The position numbers and the translations under genes are program-made. Positions 9,793-20,983 of a stretch of DNA of 64,000 bases are shown here, in pieces (the first letter of the stretch is position 1; each line of letters starts with the position of its first letter). This DNA is from a virus (lineage: Duplodnaviria > Caudoviricetes), in IMG/VR virus record IMGVR_UViG_3300025011_000016; one strand, written 5' to 3'. The notes under the pieces are model-generated. The model saw only the letters and a list, made by a program, of their open reading frames with translations. It searched no databases and had not been told where the DNA came from.

Positions 9793-12615
9793 ATGAAAAT
9801 TGTACCTAATAAACAACAAAAGAAAGCTGTTATTGAATCAGTGAAATGGTTAAAGAGTGGTTATAAACAAGTCTTTGAAATATCAGGTCCTCCAGGATCA
9901 GGTAAAACCTTTATAGTTTATTTAATACGAAAGGCAATGAAGCTAAATCCCTTGGATGTTCTATTTATGGCATATGTAGGAAAAGCTACAATGGCTTTGA
10001 CATTACAAGGTAATAATGCAAAGACAATGCATAGTTCTATTTATGATAGGGTTGATTTACCTAAGATGGATGAGAATGGTAAGTTTATTTTAAAAAATGG
10101 TAGAATACTTACAACTCCTGGTTTTGTTAAGAAAAAATCTTTACCTGATAATATAAAACTTATAGTGGTGGACGAAGGTTCTATGATTAATGAAAAATAC
10201 GCTTTAGATATTTTAAGCTTCAAGTTACCAGTTTTAGTGCTCGGGGACTTAAATCAGCTTTTTCCTATCTTTGGGAAACCTTATTTCTTAAGACAACCTG
10301 ATATTATATTAACAGAAATTATGAGACAGGCTAAAGATGATCCTATTATTCATTTAAGTCAAAAGGCAATTAATGGTGAAATTATTGAGATAGGAAAATA
10401 TGGTGATAGATGTTTTGTTATTAATAAAGAAGATATCACAGACAATATGCTTACAAAAACAGATATCGTTATTTGTGGTAAAAATAAGACACGGGATCAT
10501 ATAAATAAATATGTTAGAGAAGAAATATATAAAATAGACAAGCCTTATCCAGTAAAAGGTGAGAAATTAATATGTAGACAAAATAATTGGGATATGTCTG
10601 TCGATGAAGGTAAAATATTCTTAGTTAATGGTCTTGTAGGTTACGTTGAAGAAACACATTTAGACACTTATAATAAAAGATCTTTATGTATTGATTTTAG
10701 GCCTGAGTTTTTAAAAGAAACTTGTTTTGAAAGAGTAGCAATTGATTCTTTTATGAGTCACGTTGCATAGTAATATGCAATTGCAACTACTTTAATTGCG
10801 GGAAACTCCTTAGAACTTTATCTACTAATGTAACATGATAAAGATTGGACAATCTGCAGCCAATGATCTATTCATAATAGATTTAGGTCCAACGACTAGA
10901 ATGGGAAAGTTCGTAGGGCTCAAGTGAGTGGGTGAGACTCCCTTAAATCGAAATGGGTGGCCCCATTATAATAATTAGTATAATGGGTGAAGATATAGTC
11001 TGTGCTTTAAGGAAACTTAGAGAATAACTAACCGTAAGTCTTAATAACTATTCTGTATATAATTATATTATACAGTTAACAAATAATATAAGAACGGGGG
11101 TGATATAAAATGATTAAGACTTTTAAAACAAGAATACGACCGAATAAAGAACAAGAGGTATATTTAAATAAGTGCTTTGGGTATAGAAGGTTTATATATA
11201 ATAATGCGTTAGAATACTTTAATACTCTTTTAAAATATAATAATAATGTTATTGATAAGGATTTAAAGAAGTTCTTTGATAAATTTGATTATATTACTCA
11301 TATATATTCTAAGAAAGAAAAGGGACCGGGATTTGAATGGACTAAAGAATATAATAAGTCCATAAAGAATGAAGTGGCTAGTGATGTTAACTTAGCTGTT
11401 AATAGATTTTTTAAAGATATTAAAAATAAGAAGCGTTGTAAACTGCATTTTAAAAGAAAGGTTCATGGAAATGGATCGTTTAGAATATATAGTAAGCATA
11501 AAACTAATGTTATGATTCTTGATATGAAATTATTCTCTTTTATTATTAATAGAGAATTTGGTCATATGTCATTAAAAACATATGAGGACATAAGTTTCTT
11601 ATATCATCATGATATAAAAACAATGACTATTAGTATGAAGAATTTTAAATATTATGTCTCATTTACTTATGAAATAGATGTTCCAAAGCATAAGCATGAG
11701 AAAGATACCATAGGTATAGATTTAGGGATACATAATCCGGTAGTTTGTTTTGATGGAAAAGATATCATAAATCCTAAATTTCCGAAAGGAATTATTAAGA
11801 AACTAGAGAAGAGAGCCGATAAATTTTCAACGATAGTTTCTAAGAAGAAATATGATAAATGTAATCCATCAAAGAACTATATAAAAGCGAGAACCAAGCT
11901 TAATTATATTCATGGTAAGATAGTGAATATTAGAATGGATTATATTCAGAAGGTTTCAACCTTCTTAACTAAGACTTATAGAAATATCGTAGTTGATGAA
12001 TTTAGTTTTAAAGAATTACTAACAGAGTCTGATGGTATTAAACGTATTAATAGAGGTATACATAGAGTAGGTGCCTTTACGTTTATGCAAGTGTTAAAAT
12101 ATAAATGTCACTTTTACGGCAGTGAATATATTTTAGCCGAACCTAATAGTACCATTACATGCTCTGAATGTAATCATAAACTTAAAACTAAGTTGAAGTT
12201 ATCCCAAAGAGTCTTTAATTGTCCTGATTGTGGATATATAGATGATAGGGATAATAATGCGGCTATTAATATTTATAAGTCATATAAGAATCTTTATTAA
12301 CTAACGTAAATAGAGATTTCGCCGTTGGTCGGACGGTTTAAAGAACCTTGACGGTTAAGTTATTGTGGTATCTAACGAATACTACTAACACGACAGTATA
12401 AGCATTTATTTACACCATATGAACAGAGAGATAATAAACGTAGCTATTATAATAAATTTGAATTTGCCAACGCAATAAGCGTTCATTTATCACAAGGATC
12501 ACAATATAATACAGTTTTAATATATAATGAAAGAATGGGAGATAAAGAGTATTATAAGAAATGGTTATATACAGCAATATCGAGAGCGGTATCCGGATTA
12601 GTATTGGCCGTTTAA
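9793..12615 (+). CDS. RecD/Dda-like SF1 helicase, 2 exons (~390 aa spliced)
   Basis: Exon 1 9793-10746 has GPPGSGKT and VDEGSM. Exon 2 12397-12615 has SVHLSQGSQY and LYTAISRA. Junction reads VAID|YKHLF. Confidence 0.88.
10747..12396 (+). mobile_element. IStron-like element 1: group I intron + tnpB + omegaRNA-like right end
   Basis: Inserted after TTGAT. P1 TGAT/GTCA, ribozyme core 10790-11000, tnpB downstream of the S element, conserved right end ...CTAACACGACAG. Confidence 0.88.
11110..12300 (+). CDS. tnpB: TnpB (IS200/IS605-family RNA-guided nuclease)
   Basis: N-terminal KTRIRP..EQ..L..CFG..RFIYN, RuvC-I GIDLG, zinc finger CSEC..CPDC, RuvC-III DRDNNAAINI. Confidence 0.92.
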   Translation: MIKTFKTRIRPNKEQEVYLNKCFGYRRFIYNNALEYFNTLLKYNNNVIDKDLKKFFDKFDYITHIYSKKEKGPGFEWTKEYNKSIKNEVASDVNLAVNRFFKDIKNKKRCKLHFKRKVHGNGSFRIYSKHKTNVMILDMKLFSFIINREFGHMSLKTYEDISFLYHHDIKTMTISMKNFKYYVSFTYEIDVPKHKHEKDTIGIDLGIHNPVVCFDGKDIINPKFPKGIIKKLEKRADKFSTIVSKKKYDKCNPSKNYIKARTKLNYIHGKIVNIRMDYIQKVSTFLTKTYRNIVVDEFSFKELLTESDGIKRINRGIHRVGAFTFMQVLKYKCHFYGSEYILAEPNSTITCSECNHKLKTKLKLSQRVFNCPDCGYIDDRDNNAAINIYKSYKNLY

Positions 12616-12646
12616 TACATAATATTATTTGAAAGGAGTTAGTATA

Positions 12647-12799
12647 ATGCAACCACCTAAGGTATTAACAGACTTAATGAAACCATTAACTGAGCAGAAC
12701 AATAGATTAATATCTGAAACTCTTACTGATAAGATCAATAGAGTTAAATCAAAGTTTAATTTATATCACGGTAAAGGTAAAAAGAAACGACGTAAATAA
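12647..12799 (+). CDS. Small basic hypothetical protein (50 aa)
   Basis: Read manually. RBS GAAAGGAG, K/R-rich C-terminus. Confidence 0.5.
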   Translation: MQPPKVLTDLMKPLTEQNNRLISETLTDKINRVKSKFNLYHGKGKKKRRK

Positions 12800-12820
12800 A
12801 ATAATAGGAGGTTCTATTAT

Positions 12821-13099
12821 ATGAGTTTGGAAAGTTTACTAGCATTTGTAGCTAATGTTGGAGAAGATAAAATTGCAGGTTTTTCATTTAATAATAGTGG
12901 CAGGGTAATGTTTACATCAAGTAAAAGTTTCTCATTGGACGGAAATGTGACTGATGATGGATATCTTAAAATTGGGGATAGTGATACCGATGGGAATATT
13001 TACTACATGTATAAACCGATTGCTACTATCGAATCGATTATTGTAGTAGATGATGCTCTTGCCCGTGACAAACTTAATCTACGATACATCTTCGGTTAA
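12821..13099 (+). CDS. Hypothetical protein
   Basis: RBS AAGGAGG and a clean ORF. Confidence 0.6.
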   Translation: MSLESLLAFVANVGEDKIAGFSFNNSGRVMFTSSKSFSLDGNVTDDGYLKIGDSDTDGNIYYMYKPIATIESIIVVDDALARDKLNLRYIFG

Positions 13100-13240
13100 C
13101 CATTAAAATATAGAGAGGGAATTTATCCCACTCTATATTTTATCATTATGATAAATTTAACTATAACTTCAATTATATATTATTAGCTTAGAAACAATTA
13201 ATCAATGTAGAGTAAATAAAAAAATAGGGGGAATTTTAAG

Positions 13241-13723
13241 ATGAGAGACAAAGACATTAAAGAGTTCGAACATTCCATGGAAAGAATCCAGGAAAAGAAA
13301 AAGTTAATTGAGCGAGAAGAAAAACAAATTATGGTTAGATGCGCGCATCAAAACCGTCGCCGTAAATTGAAGATCAAGCCAATAGATGAACGAGGTAATT
13401 TCAAGTGTAAAGATTGCAGCACCGAATTCAATATGAATCCGATTATCCGTGAGGATCTAAAGCGGGCAATTCAAATTCTGCATGATGCCATTCAGCAAAT
13501 TCGCTGCTTTGCAGATCCTGACGAGGATGGAAAGATGATCCGTCTTCTCGGAGAAGCTGACTTCAACAACGAAGAAATACAACGCTTATACGCCCGGACT
13601 CTGGACGCGTATAGTAAGAATCGGAAGAAAGATAAATTCGGTGATCGAGATCGTGACAATTTCGGTTCTTATGGAACTGGCGCTATTAGCTTCATCGGTT
13701 CTCGTAAGAAAGACCGCAAGTAA
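13241..13723 (+). CDS. Hypothetical protein with possible Zn-binding CxH..CxxC
   Basis: RCAHQ...CKDC, with TATATATTAT at 13174-13183. Confidence 0.6.
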   Translation: MRDKDIKEFEHSMERIQEKKKLIEREEKQIMVRCAHQNRRRKLKIKPIDERGNFKCKDCSTEFNMNPIIREDLKRAIQILHDAIQQIRCFADPDEDGKMIRLLGEADFNNEEIQRLYARTLDAYSKNRKKDKFGDRDRDNFGSYGTGAISFIGSRKKDRK

Positions 13724-13898
13724 TCATTCTATTTTACAAGTGCATAAGATGGGCAACTATCTTATGCACTATTTATATCTCTTTTATTTAGGGAATTATT
13801 TTTTAAGGATAATTGATTCCGTAACATAGAAAATAACAAATTATTATTAGAGTAACATATCGATAAGTAATAGAAGAAGGAGATGTGAAATAAAAAAT

Positions 13899-16800
13899 AT
13901 GGCTAAATTTACAGATGATCAAATAGAACACATAGAAAGTGACATAGAGAAGATTCAGACTAAGCCTAAATATAATTGGGCTATTATATAGTGATATATA
14001 ATATAAACTTTTTTAATTGACGGAAACTTCCTTAGAGTCTAAACTACTAAATTGATATTTTAGTATATTGATGGCTGAGTGTAATTAACTCAGGTATAGT
14101 AATAATGTTTAGGATTGGATAATCCGCATCCAAGTCTCTTATAATAAGAGAAAGGTTCAACGACTAAATGTAGAGCTCAAGTGAGTGGGTGGAAATCCCT
14201 TAAATCGAAATGGAAAGCATCTTTAATAAAAGATGATGATATAGTCTTATATCCTAATGAAAATTAGGGAAGTTCATAATAGAACTGCACAGCTCAGCAA
14301 ACTGTGTGAAATAATGAATATGTACGTCAGCTATTTAGCACACCTAGGCGCATTACATTTATCTAAAGAGGTAATAAATAATTCTATAGATGAATGTATT
14401 AATCAAAATTCACCAGCTAACGAAATTAATATATATTTAGATGAAGGTGAGAATACTTTACTAGTTGCTGATAATGGTAGAGGAATAGCTTTCGATAAAA
14501 TGGAAATTGTGTGCACTAAATTACAAGCAGGTAGTAAGTTTACCAGAGAGGGTAGTGGTGGAGCTTCTGCTGGAGAAAACGGGTGTGGCATTACGGCCGT
14601 GAATTCGCTGTCGGAACACTTTGAGATAATCTCAACTCGTTATGGTGAAAGGGCTATAATTGAATTTGAATCTGGTAAGTTGGTCAGGTCACCAGTAATT
14701 AAAAAAATCGGTGATAAAACTAAACACGGTACTACAGTAAAATTTAAACCCAATCCATTTTACATGGGTGACGATTGTGATATCCCAACAGATTTATTGA
14801 TTGAATGGATTGAAAAAATAGTTTATTTAATGCCATCAAATATAGAAATATCACTAAGTGTCTCCAGAAAAGGTAAAGAATCTGCAATAAATAAAAAGTA
14901 TCGTAATAAAAATGGTTTAAAGGACTATATTTTGAAATTGTGTAAAAAGCCTATTTTAGATCCAATTCATTTTATGAAATCTTTAAAAATTAAAGAATTT
15001 GATAAAGGTAGAGAGATCGAAAGATTCATTGGATTAGAAACAGCTTTTACTTACAATTCAAATAGTATGGAACCTATTATTGAATCATTTTGTAATTTTG
15101 TGGTCACTGTTGAAGGGGGTATTCACAACGATGCTGTTAAACAAGGTGTTGTCCAATTCTTAGTTAGGAAAACTAAGGAGGGTTTATCTGATAAAGAATC
15201 GAAAAATATTGATATACTACCTATAGACGCTACTCAAGGATTAGTGTTGACATTATACTTAAGTACCGATATGAATATGATGTTTGCATCACAAACGAAA
15301 GAAAAACTTTCTAATAATGCTTTCTTCAAACCACTCAGAAACATGACATTTAATTCATTGGATGAATACTTTAAAAAAGAAGTTAATGATTTAAAGAAGA
15401 TAACAAGTTTTATTAAGACTAATGCTAAAGCAAGAATTGAATCAAACAAAGCTAGAAATGCTGTTATTAAAGGTGAAACTACTTCATTCGAAGAACACAA
15501 AATGAAGAATTTCTCTCCTGCAAATAATTTAGGGAATGATTACAGAGAGTTATTTGTTATAGAAGGTAAATTAGATTGCCTTATTTTCTTTAATTGACGG
15601 GAAACTCCTTAGAACTTCTTAATTGAAGATTGGACAATCCGCAGCCAAGTCTCTTTATATAAGAGAAAGGTTCAACGACTAGAGTATGTAAGCTCGTAGG
15701 TTTATTTATAATCCGAAATGGGAAAACAATAGATTTATTCTATTGAAGAGATAGTCTAATATCCTAATTAACATTAGGGAAGTTCATAAGAGAACTGTAT
15801 AGAGTTATAATCTATATGAATGATTGGATTCAGCAAAGGGTAGTGCAAGGTTAGGTAGGGATACGGATACTCAGGCATTATTTGCAATGCGAGGAGTTCC
15901 ACTTAATAGTTTTAATCTAAAGTTAGATAAAGTTTTATTGAATGATGAATTTAGGGATTTAACTAAAGTATTAAAATGTAATATCGGTGAACGATTTGAT
16001 ATTACAAAACTAAATTATAAAAAAATAATCATACTTACGGATGCGGATTAATTCATAGTCCCATTATGTAGTGATATATAATGTAAACTTCTTTAATTGA
16101 CGGGAAACTCCTTAGAACTTCTTAATTGAAGATTGGACAATCCGCAGCCAAGTCTCTTTATATAAGAGAAAGGTCCAACGACTAATAGTAGGGCTCAAGT
16201 GAGTGGGGTAATAACACCCTTTAAATCGAAAATAGAGGCATCTTTTATAAGATGATGATATAGTCTACACTTTATTGAAAGATAAAGAAAGATAGCATCT
16301 TTACATTATCTAACGAATAATGTTAATATGAATGGATTGATGGTTTGAGAATAGCCTCACTAATTTGTGTATTCTTCTTATGTCATATGCCAGAGATAAT
16401 TAAGCAAGGATATTTATATAAATCAGTATCACCACTATATTTATTAAATGATACTAAGGGTCATTTTATTATTGATAAAAAAGAGTATGTATCAGTTTTT
16501 GAAAAAGCTGTTAGAAATAACATTAAAGTTATTGATCCAGAAACTAATATTGTTTATACTAATAATGAGATGAAAGAGTTACTATTAAAGAATAGGGGAT
16601 ATTTAGAGGAGTTATACCGAGTTAGTAATCATTTTGCAGTTAATCCTTTTATCATTGAATACATCACCATATATGGGGATCAATCAAATTTCATAAATAA
16701 AATGAAAAAGAAATTCCCTGAGTTAACACTTGATGAAGAAAATGTTTTATCTGGTATATATGAAGGAAAATATCAGATTATTATATTGGATAAAATATTC

Positions 16801-17172
16801 GAAAAGAGAATTGCAACTCTTCGTAATATGATAAGGATAGTTAATGATAATAAAATCCATTATATAGTGAATGATAATCATGGTAATCAAGTTGACTCTA
16901 GAGGAATATTAACTTTAGGGGAATTCCTAACAGTATGTCAAAAATATCAACCAGAGATCGTGTCCAGGTTCAAAGGTTTGGGTGAGCTACAGCCCAATGA
17001 TTTATGGAAAACCACTCTTGATTTTGAGTCCCGTACCTTGATACGTTTAACAATGTCAGATGTTTTAGATGAATTAGAAAAGTTCAAAATATTACATTCT
17101 AACGACTCTATAGAATCAAGGAAAAAGCTTATGGGTAACTTCAAGATCGATAGAGAGGACTTAGATAATTAG
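13899..17172 (+). CDS. gyrB: Type IIA topoisomerase/gyrase B subunit, 4 exons / 3 introns (~792 aa spliced)
   Basis: Exons 13899-13967, 14317-15567, 15827-16048 and 16336-17172. Restores KP|NMY, TOPRIM EG|DSA and TDAD|IDG. Also NSIDE, DNGRG and RFKGLGE. Confidence 0.92.
13968..14316 (+). ncRNA. Group I intron gyrB-I1
   Basis: P1 AGCCT/GGGCT and core motifs. Confidence 0.88.
15568..15826 (+). ncRNA. Group I intron gyrB-I2
   Basis: P1 AAGGT/GCCTT and core motifs. No P2 hairpin. Confidence 0.9.
16049..16335 (+). ncRNA. Group I intron gyrB-I3
   Basis: P1 GGAT/GTCC and core motifs. Confidence 0.9.
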
Positions 17173-17191
17173 TTTTATATAAGATGAAAAT

Positions 17192-17887
17192 GTGAAATTC
17201 AACCCAACTATTCATTTAAAAGGAGTGTTTGTTATTATTAATGATTTAACTGGTAGGGAATTTGGTAGGTGGAAAGTTATTAAAATAACTGATGAGAGAA
17301 CTAAAGATGGTAATGTTAAATGGTTATGTGAATGTAGTTGTGAGAAGCGCACAACAAAAACTGTCAGTGGATCAAATTTAGTAAAAGGAGTTTCAACAAA
17401 CTGTGGATGTGTTCGTACAGAAAAAGTGAAAAAGCGGGCAAAACATGGTCTGTGGAACACTAGAATTTATAAAACATGGCATAGTATGAATAGAAGGTGT
17501 TCAAATCCTAAAGATTCGAATTATGTGAATTATGGAGGTCGTGGAATTACAGTATGTGAAGAATGGAAAGAAGTCATACCTTTTTATAATTGGGCTATAA
17601 ATAATGGTTATTCCAAAAAATTAACTATTGATAGAATAGATAACGATAAAGGATATTATCCTGAAAATTGCCGTTGGGTGAGTATGTATGTTCAAAGTAG
17701 GAATAAACGGAGTAATAATTTTATCACCTTTGAAGGTAAAAGTAAAATTATTACTGATTGGGCAAAATATACTGGATATGATATAACTACTATTAGACAT
17801 AGGATAAATAATAATTTACCTATTGAGGAAATATTAGCACGTAAACCGAATAGATATTTTATTGATATAAATATATTGAGTAAATGA
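17192..17887 (+). CDS. Free-standing HNH-type endonuclease
   Basis: WLCECSC..CGC, YGGRGITVCEEW and TIDRIDNDKGYYPENCRW. The true start may be slightly downstream. Confidence 0.8.
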   Translation: MKFNPTIHLKGVFVIINDLTGREFGRWKVIKITDERTKDGNVKWLCECSCEKRTTKTVSGSNLVKGVSTNCGCVRTEKVKKRAKHGLWNTRIYKTWHSMNRRCSNPKDSNYVNYGGRGITVCEEWKEVIPFYNWAINNGYSKKLTIDRIDNDKGYYPENCRWVSMYVQSRNKRSNNFITFEGKSKIITDWAKYTGYDITTIRHRINNNLPIEEILARKPNRYFIDINILSK

Positions 17888-17888
17888 T

Positions 17889-20303
17889 GTGGAGGGTATA
17901 ATGATGTCAGTAAATGATCGGAAACTGAATAATCAGGTTTATGATAAAAATATAGTGATTGGAAATATTGGTGATATATGCACTGGATATATGAAGATAT
18001 TTGGTGCAAATAATAATTTAATGCGCCACATCCCAATAATCGCGGACGGTTTGAAGCCCGGAGAACGACGTATTTTATATACAATGTCAGAAGTTATGGG
18101 TATTACACATAAGGGTAAACATAAGAAGTGTATGGGAATTGTGGGACGTACGGCTGATATACACCCTCACGGCGACCAGGCCTTATACAGCACATTAGTT
18201 AAACTAGCGCAGAAATGGCAAAATACAATTTGTCTGATTGATGGATCTGGAAATTTCGGTAGTCCGACTGGAGAAACTGAGGCTAGTATGCGATATACGG
18301 AGGCCCGTTTGAGTTTTTATTCATATAAATGTTTCTTTGAAGAATTTAACCCAAATATAGTAGATATGAAATTATCATATAATGGAGAAATATATGAGCC
18401 TGAATTCTTACCATCTAAATACCCAAATGTTTTAATTAATCAAGCATTTGGGATTGGATACGGTTTATCTAGCTCCATTCCAACATATAATTTCAAAGAA
18501 GTTATTGATTTAACAATTAAATTAATGAATGATCCTGATTATGGAGATATTGTTTTAATACCTGATAGTCCTTCAGGTTCTCATATTATTGATGATGGTC
18601 AGTTTGAGACTATATCGAAAACTGGTAAAGGTAAATTTAAAATGAGGGGAACAATTGAGATTGATAGTGAAAATAATATAGTAACCATTACTTCAGTACC
18701 TCTATATGTAAATAGTGATGATGTAAAAGCCGATATAATTGATTTATTCAAGGAAAATAAGATGCAGGGATTGAAGAAAATCGATGACCAATCTTCTGAA
18801 AGAAATGGTACTAAAGTAATATTTTATTTAAAAAAGGAAGTCGATCCCGTTTCGATTATGCATAGTATCTACACTAAGACTAATATGGAAAAGACTTATC
18901 CGATAAATTTTAAACTCATAGATGACTATCAAGATGTTGATTATAATATACGATCCCTTTTGTTAACTTGGCTAGACCAACGGAGAGAAGTTAAACGCCG
19001 TCTATTTAATCATACTCTCATCAAAGCGAAAGAAAGACAACATGTTTTAACCATTCTATTATTCATATTAAACAAAGATAATGCTGAGAAAACTATGAGT
19101 ATCGTTAAGAAGTCTGAAAATAAAAAAGAGATTATTAAGAAATTAATGAATTCATATGGCATTACATCATTACAGGCGGATACTATTGCCGAAATGAAAT
19201 TAACTGCATTTTCTAAAGAATCACTCAATAGATATATAAAAGAGAAAGTTGATATTGATGAGAAGGTTACTAAATATGAAAAACTTGTGCGTTCCATTAA
19301 GAAAATTGATAAAATTATTAAAGAAGAATTAGAAGAAGGAATTAAACTATTCGGTGAGCCAAGACGGAGTAAGATTATTAACATTGATGGTGAGGTTAAA
19401 ATTCGAGATACTAATCATTTAGTTTCATTTACATTAAATGGATTTGTTAAGAAATTACCTGAAGGATGTACATCTATTGGTTTCATTAATCAGAATGATT
19501 ATCCTATAGAGATTATTGAGATAAGGAATACAACAGATTTATTGATCTTTGATGAAAGTGGAAAAATATCTAAGCTTCCTGTTCATTTATTACAAAACAG
19601 TGAATTAACAGGAGAAGGTGAAAAGCTAAGTAAATATTGTAATATTAATGGTAGTATAAAAACTATAATACCAAAACCTACTACTGAGATATTATCTCAA
19701 GTTAAAATACCAATATATTTCTTAATGATAACTACCAATGGTATTATTAAGAAGACTTTAGCAAATTCATATACTAATATCAAAAATGATTTAATAGGTC
19801 TTATTGTTAAAGATGGCGATACATTAAGATCGGTTAAGCTATTGGCTGGAGACAAAGACGTGGTTATTTATACTAATAAAGGATTCGGTGTCAGACTTAA
19901 ATCTGATGACATTAAAACTACAAGTAGAATGTCTATTGGTATTAAAGCTTTAGAATTAGGTCCTAATGAGATAGTTATTGGTATGGATCTTGTTAATGAA
20001 AAGGATAAATACTTATTTGCATTAACTAATCATGGCACGGGTAAGAAATGTTTACTTAGTGCATTTAAAACTATGGACAGAAATAGTAAGCCCTTAAGAA
20101 TTATATCATTAGAGACTAATGAAGAGGTCATATTTATAAAAACTGTTAAAGGTAATGAAAATTTCAAAGCTTATATGAAAAATAAGATCGAAACTATAAA
20201 TATTGAAGAAGTATTTGAGTTGCCACGCTTATCAAAGGGTAAGAAGATACTGGGTGTACTCAAAGGAGATACTATAATTGACATCAAAGAAGTAACTAAG
20301 TAA
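17889..20303 (+). CDS. gyrA: Gyrase A / type IIA topoisomerase A subunit
   Basis: DGLKPGERR, HPHGD, catalytic MRYTE and C-terminal beta-pinwheel-like repeats. Confidence 0.93.
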   Translation: MEGIMMSVNDRKLNNQVYDKNIVIGNIGDICTGYMKIFGANNNLMRHIPIIADGLKPGERRILYTMSEVMGITHKGKHKKCMGIVGRTADIHPHGDQALYSTLVKLAQKWQNTICLIDGSGNFGSPTGETEASMRYTEARLSFYSYKCFFEEFNPNIVDMKLSYNGEIYEPEFLPSKYPNVLINQAFGIGYGLSSSIPTYNFKEVIDLTIKLMNDPDYGDIVLIPDSPSGSHIIDDGQFETISKTGKGKFKMRGTIEIDSENNIVTITSVPLYVNSDDVKADIIDLFKENKMQGLKKIDDQSSERNGTKVIFYLKKEVDPVSIMHSIYTKTNMEKTYPINFKLIDDYQDVDYNIRSLLLTWLDQRREVKRRLFNHTLIKAKERQHVLTILLFILNKDNAEKTMSIVKKSENKKEIIKKLMNSYGITSLQADTIAEMKLTAFSKESLNRYIKEKVDIDEKVTKYEKLVRSIKKIDKIIKEELEEGIKLFGEPRRSKIINIDGEVKIRDTNHLVSFTLNGFVKKLPEGCTSIGFINQNDYPIEIIEIRNTTDLLIFDESGKISKLPVHLLQNSELTGEGEKLSKYCNINGSIKTIIPKPTTEILSQVKIPIYFLMITTNGIIKKTLANSYTNIKNDLIGLIVKDGDTLRSVKLLAGDKDVVIYTNKGFGVRLKSDDIKTTSRMSIGIKALELGPNEIVIGMDLVNEKDKYLFALTNHGTGKKCLLSAFKTMDRNSKPLRIISLETNEEVIFIKTVKGNENFKAYMKNKIETINIEEVFELPRLSKGKKILGVLKGDTIIDIKEVTK

Positions 20304-20369
20304 TAAAAAATATACATCTGTTCACATATATAGGTAGTATATTAAGAGAAAGAGTGGGGTTTTAATAGA

Positions 20370-20933
20370 ATGGGAGAATTCATATTCTTAAGTAACTATG
20401 TAAAAGATTCTGAACGTATTACCGATATAACAGGATATCTATTAAGTCAAAAGATACAATATTATATTGGTGAGCCTTTAGAAGTTTCTGAAGGTTTGGA
20501 ATCAGAACTTGTTGGAATATATATTATTTTACCTACTACTTATGAAACTATTAATGATATATTCGATCGTAGGGAATTCATAAAGAATATACCCATTCAT
20601 CGAAGATTCATTATGACATATGAGGAAGAATTTAGACCAAAGATAGATAAGTTTTTATCTATATTATCAAATAAGAAATCGATACAATCTTTCAATTATA
20701 CTAAGAGTAAAGGAATACTTATGCTAATTACTGAAGTTGATGATAAAGTGGGATGTATTCCTGCTGATGTATTACTTAAATTAAATAAGAGTTTTGATAC
20801 CTTGACATATAGTTTAGACATGGACAGAGTAACACAGATATGCAATATATTTGGTTGTGATGTCGACGAGTTAACACATATACTTAGTGATGGTTTATGG
20901 ACTAAATTTGGAATTGATATATACAATCTATAA
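20370..20933 (+). CDS. Hypothetical protein
   Basis: Clean ORF followed by a palindromic terminator. Confidence 0.6.
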   Translation: MGEFIFLSNYVKDSERITDITGYLLSQKIQYYIGEPLEVSEGLESELVGIYIILPTTYETINDIFDRREFIKNIPIHRRFIMTYEEEFRPKIDKFLSILSNKKSIQSFNYTKSKGILMLITEVDDKVGCIPADVLLKLNKSFDTLTYSLDMDRVTQICNIFGCDVDELTHILSDGLWTKFGIDIYNL

Positions 20934-20939
20934 ATGATT

Positions 20940-20983
20940 AAAATAAAAGATATACGATTTAAATCGTATATCTTTTATTTTTT
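20940..20983. terminator. Perfect palindromic bidirectional terminator
   Basis: AAAATAAAAGATATACGATTT/AAATCGTATATCTTTTATTTT between convergent genes. Confidence 0.7.

Noticed and set aside
11000-11110. tnpA transposase within the IStrons
   Set aside because: Only ~110 nt separate the S element and the tnpB start. No HUH/Y1 or serine-recombinase ORF was recognised anywhere in the window.
14257-14316. ORF-track N-termini such as MKIREVHNRTAQ (14257), MLRMYLTYW (37061) and MNCL (58746), and C-tails such as RWHCRVIYNDKLL
   Set aside because: They are read-through into intron sequence, not true protein ends.
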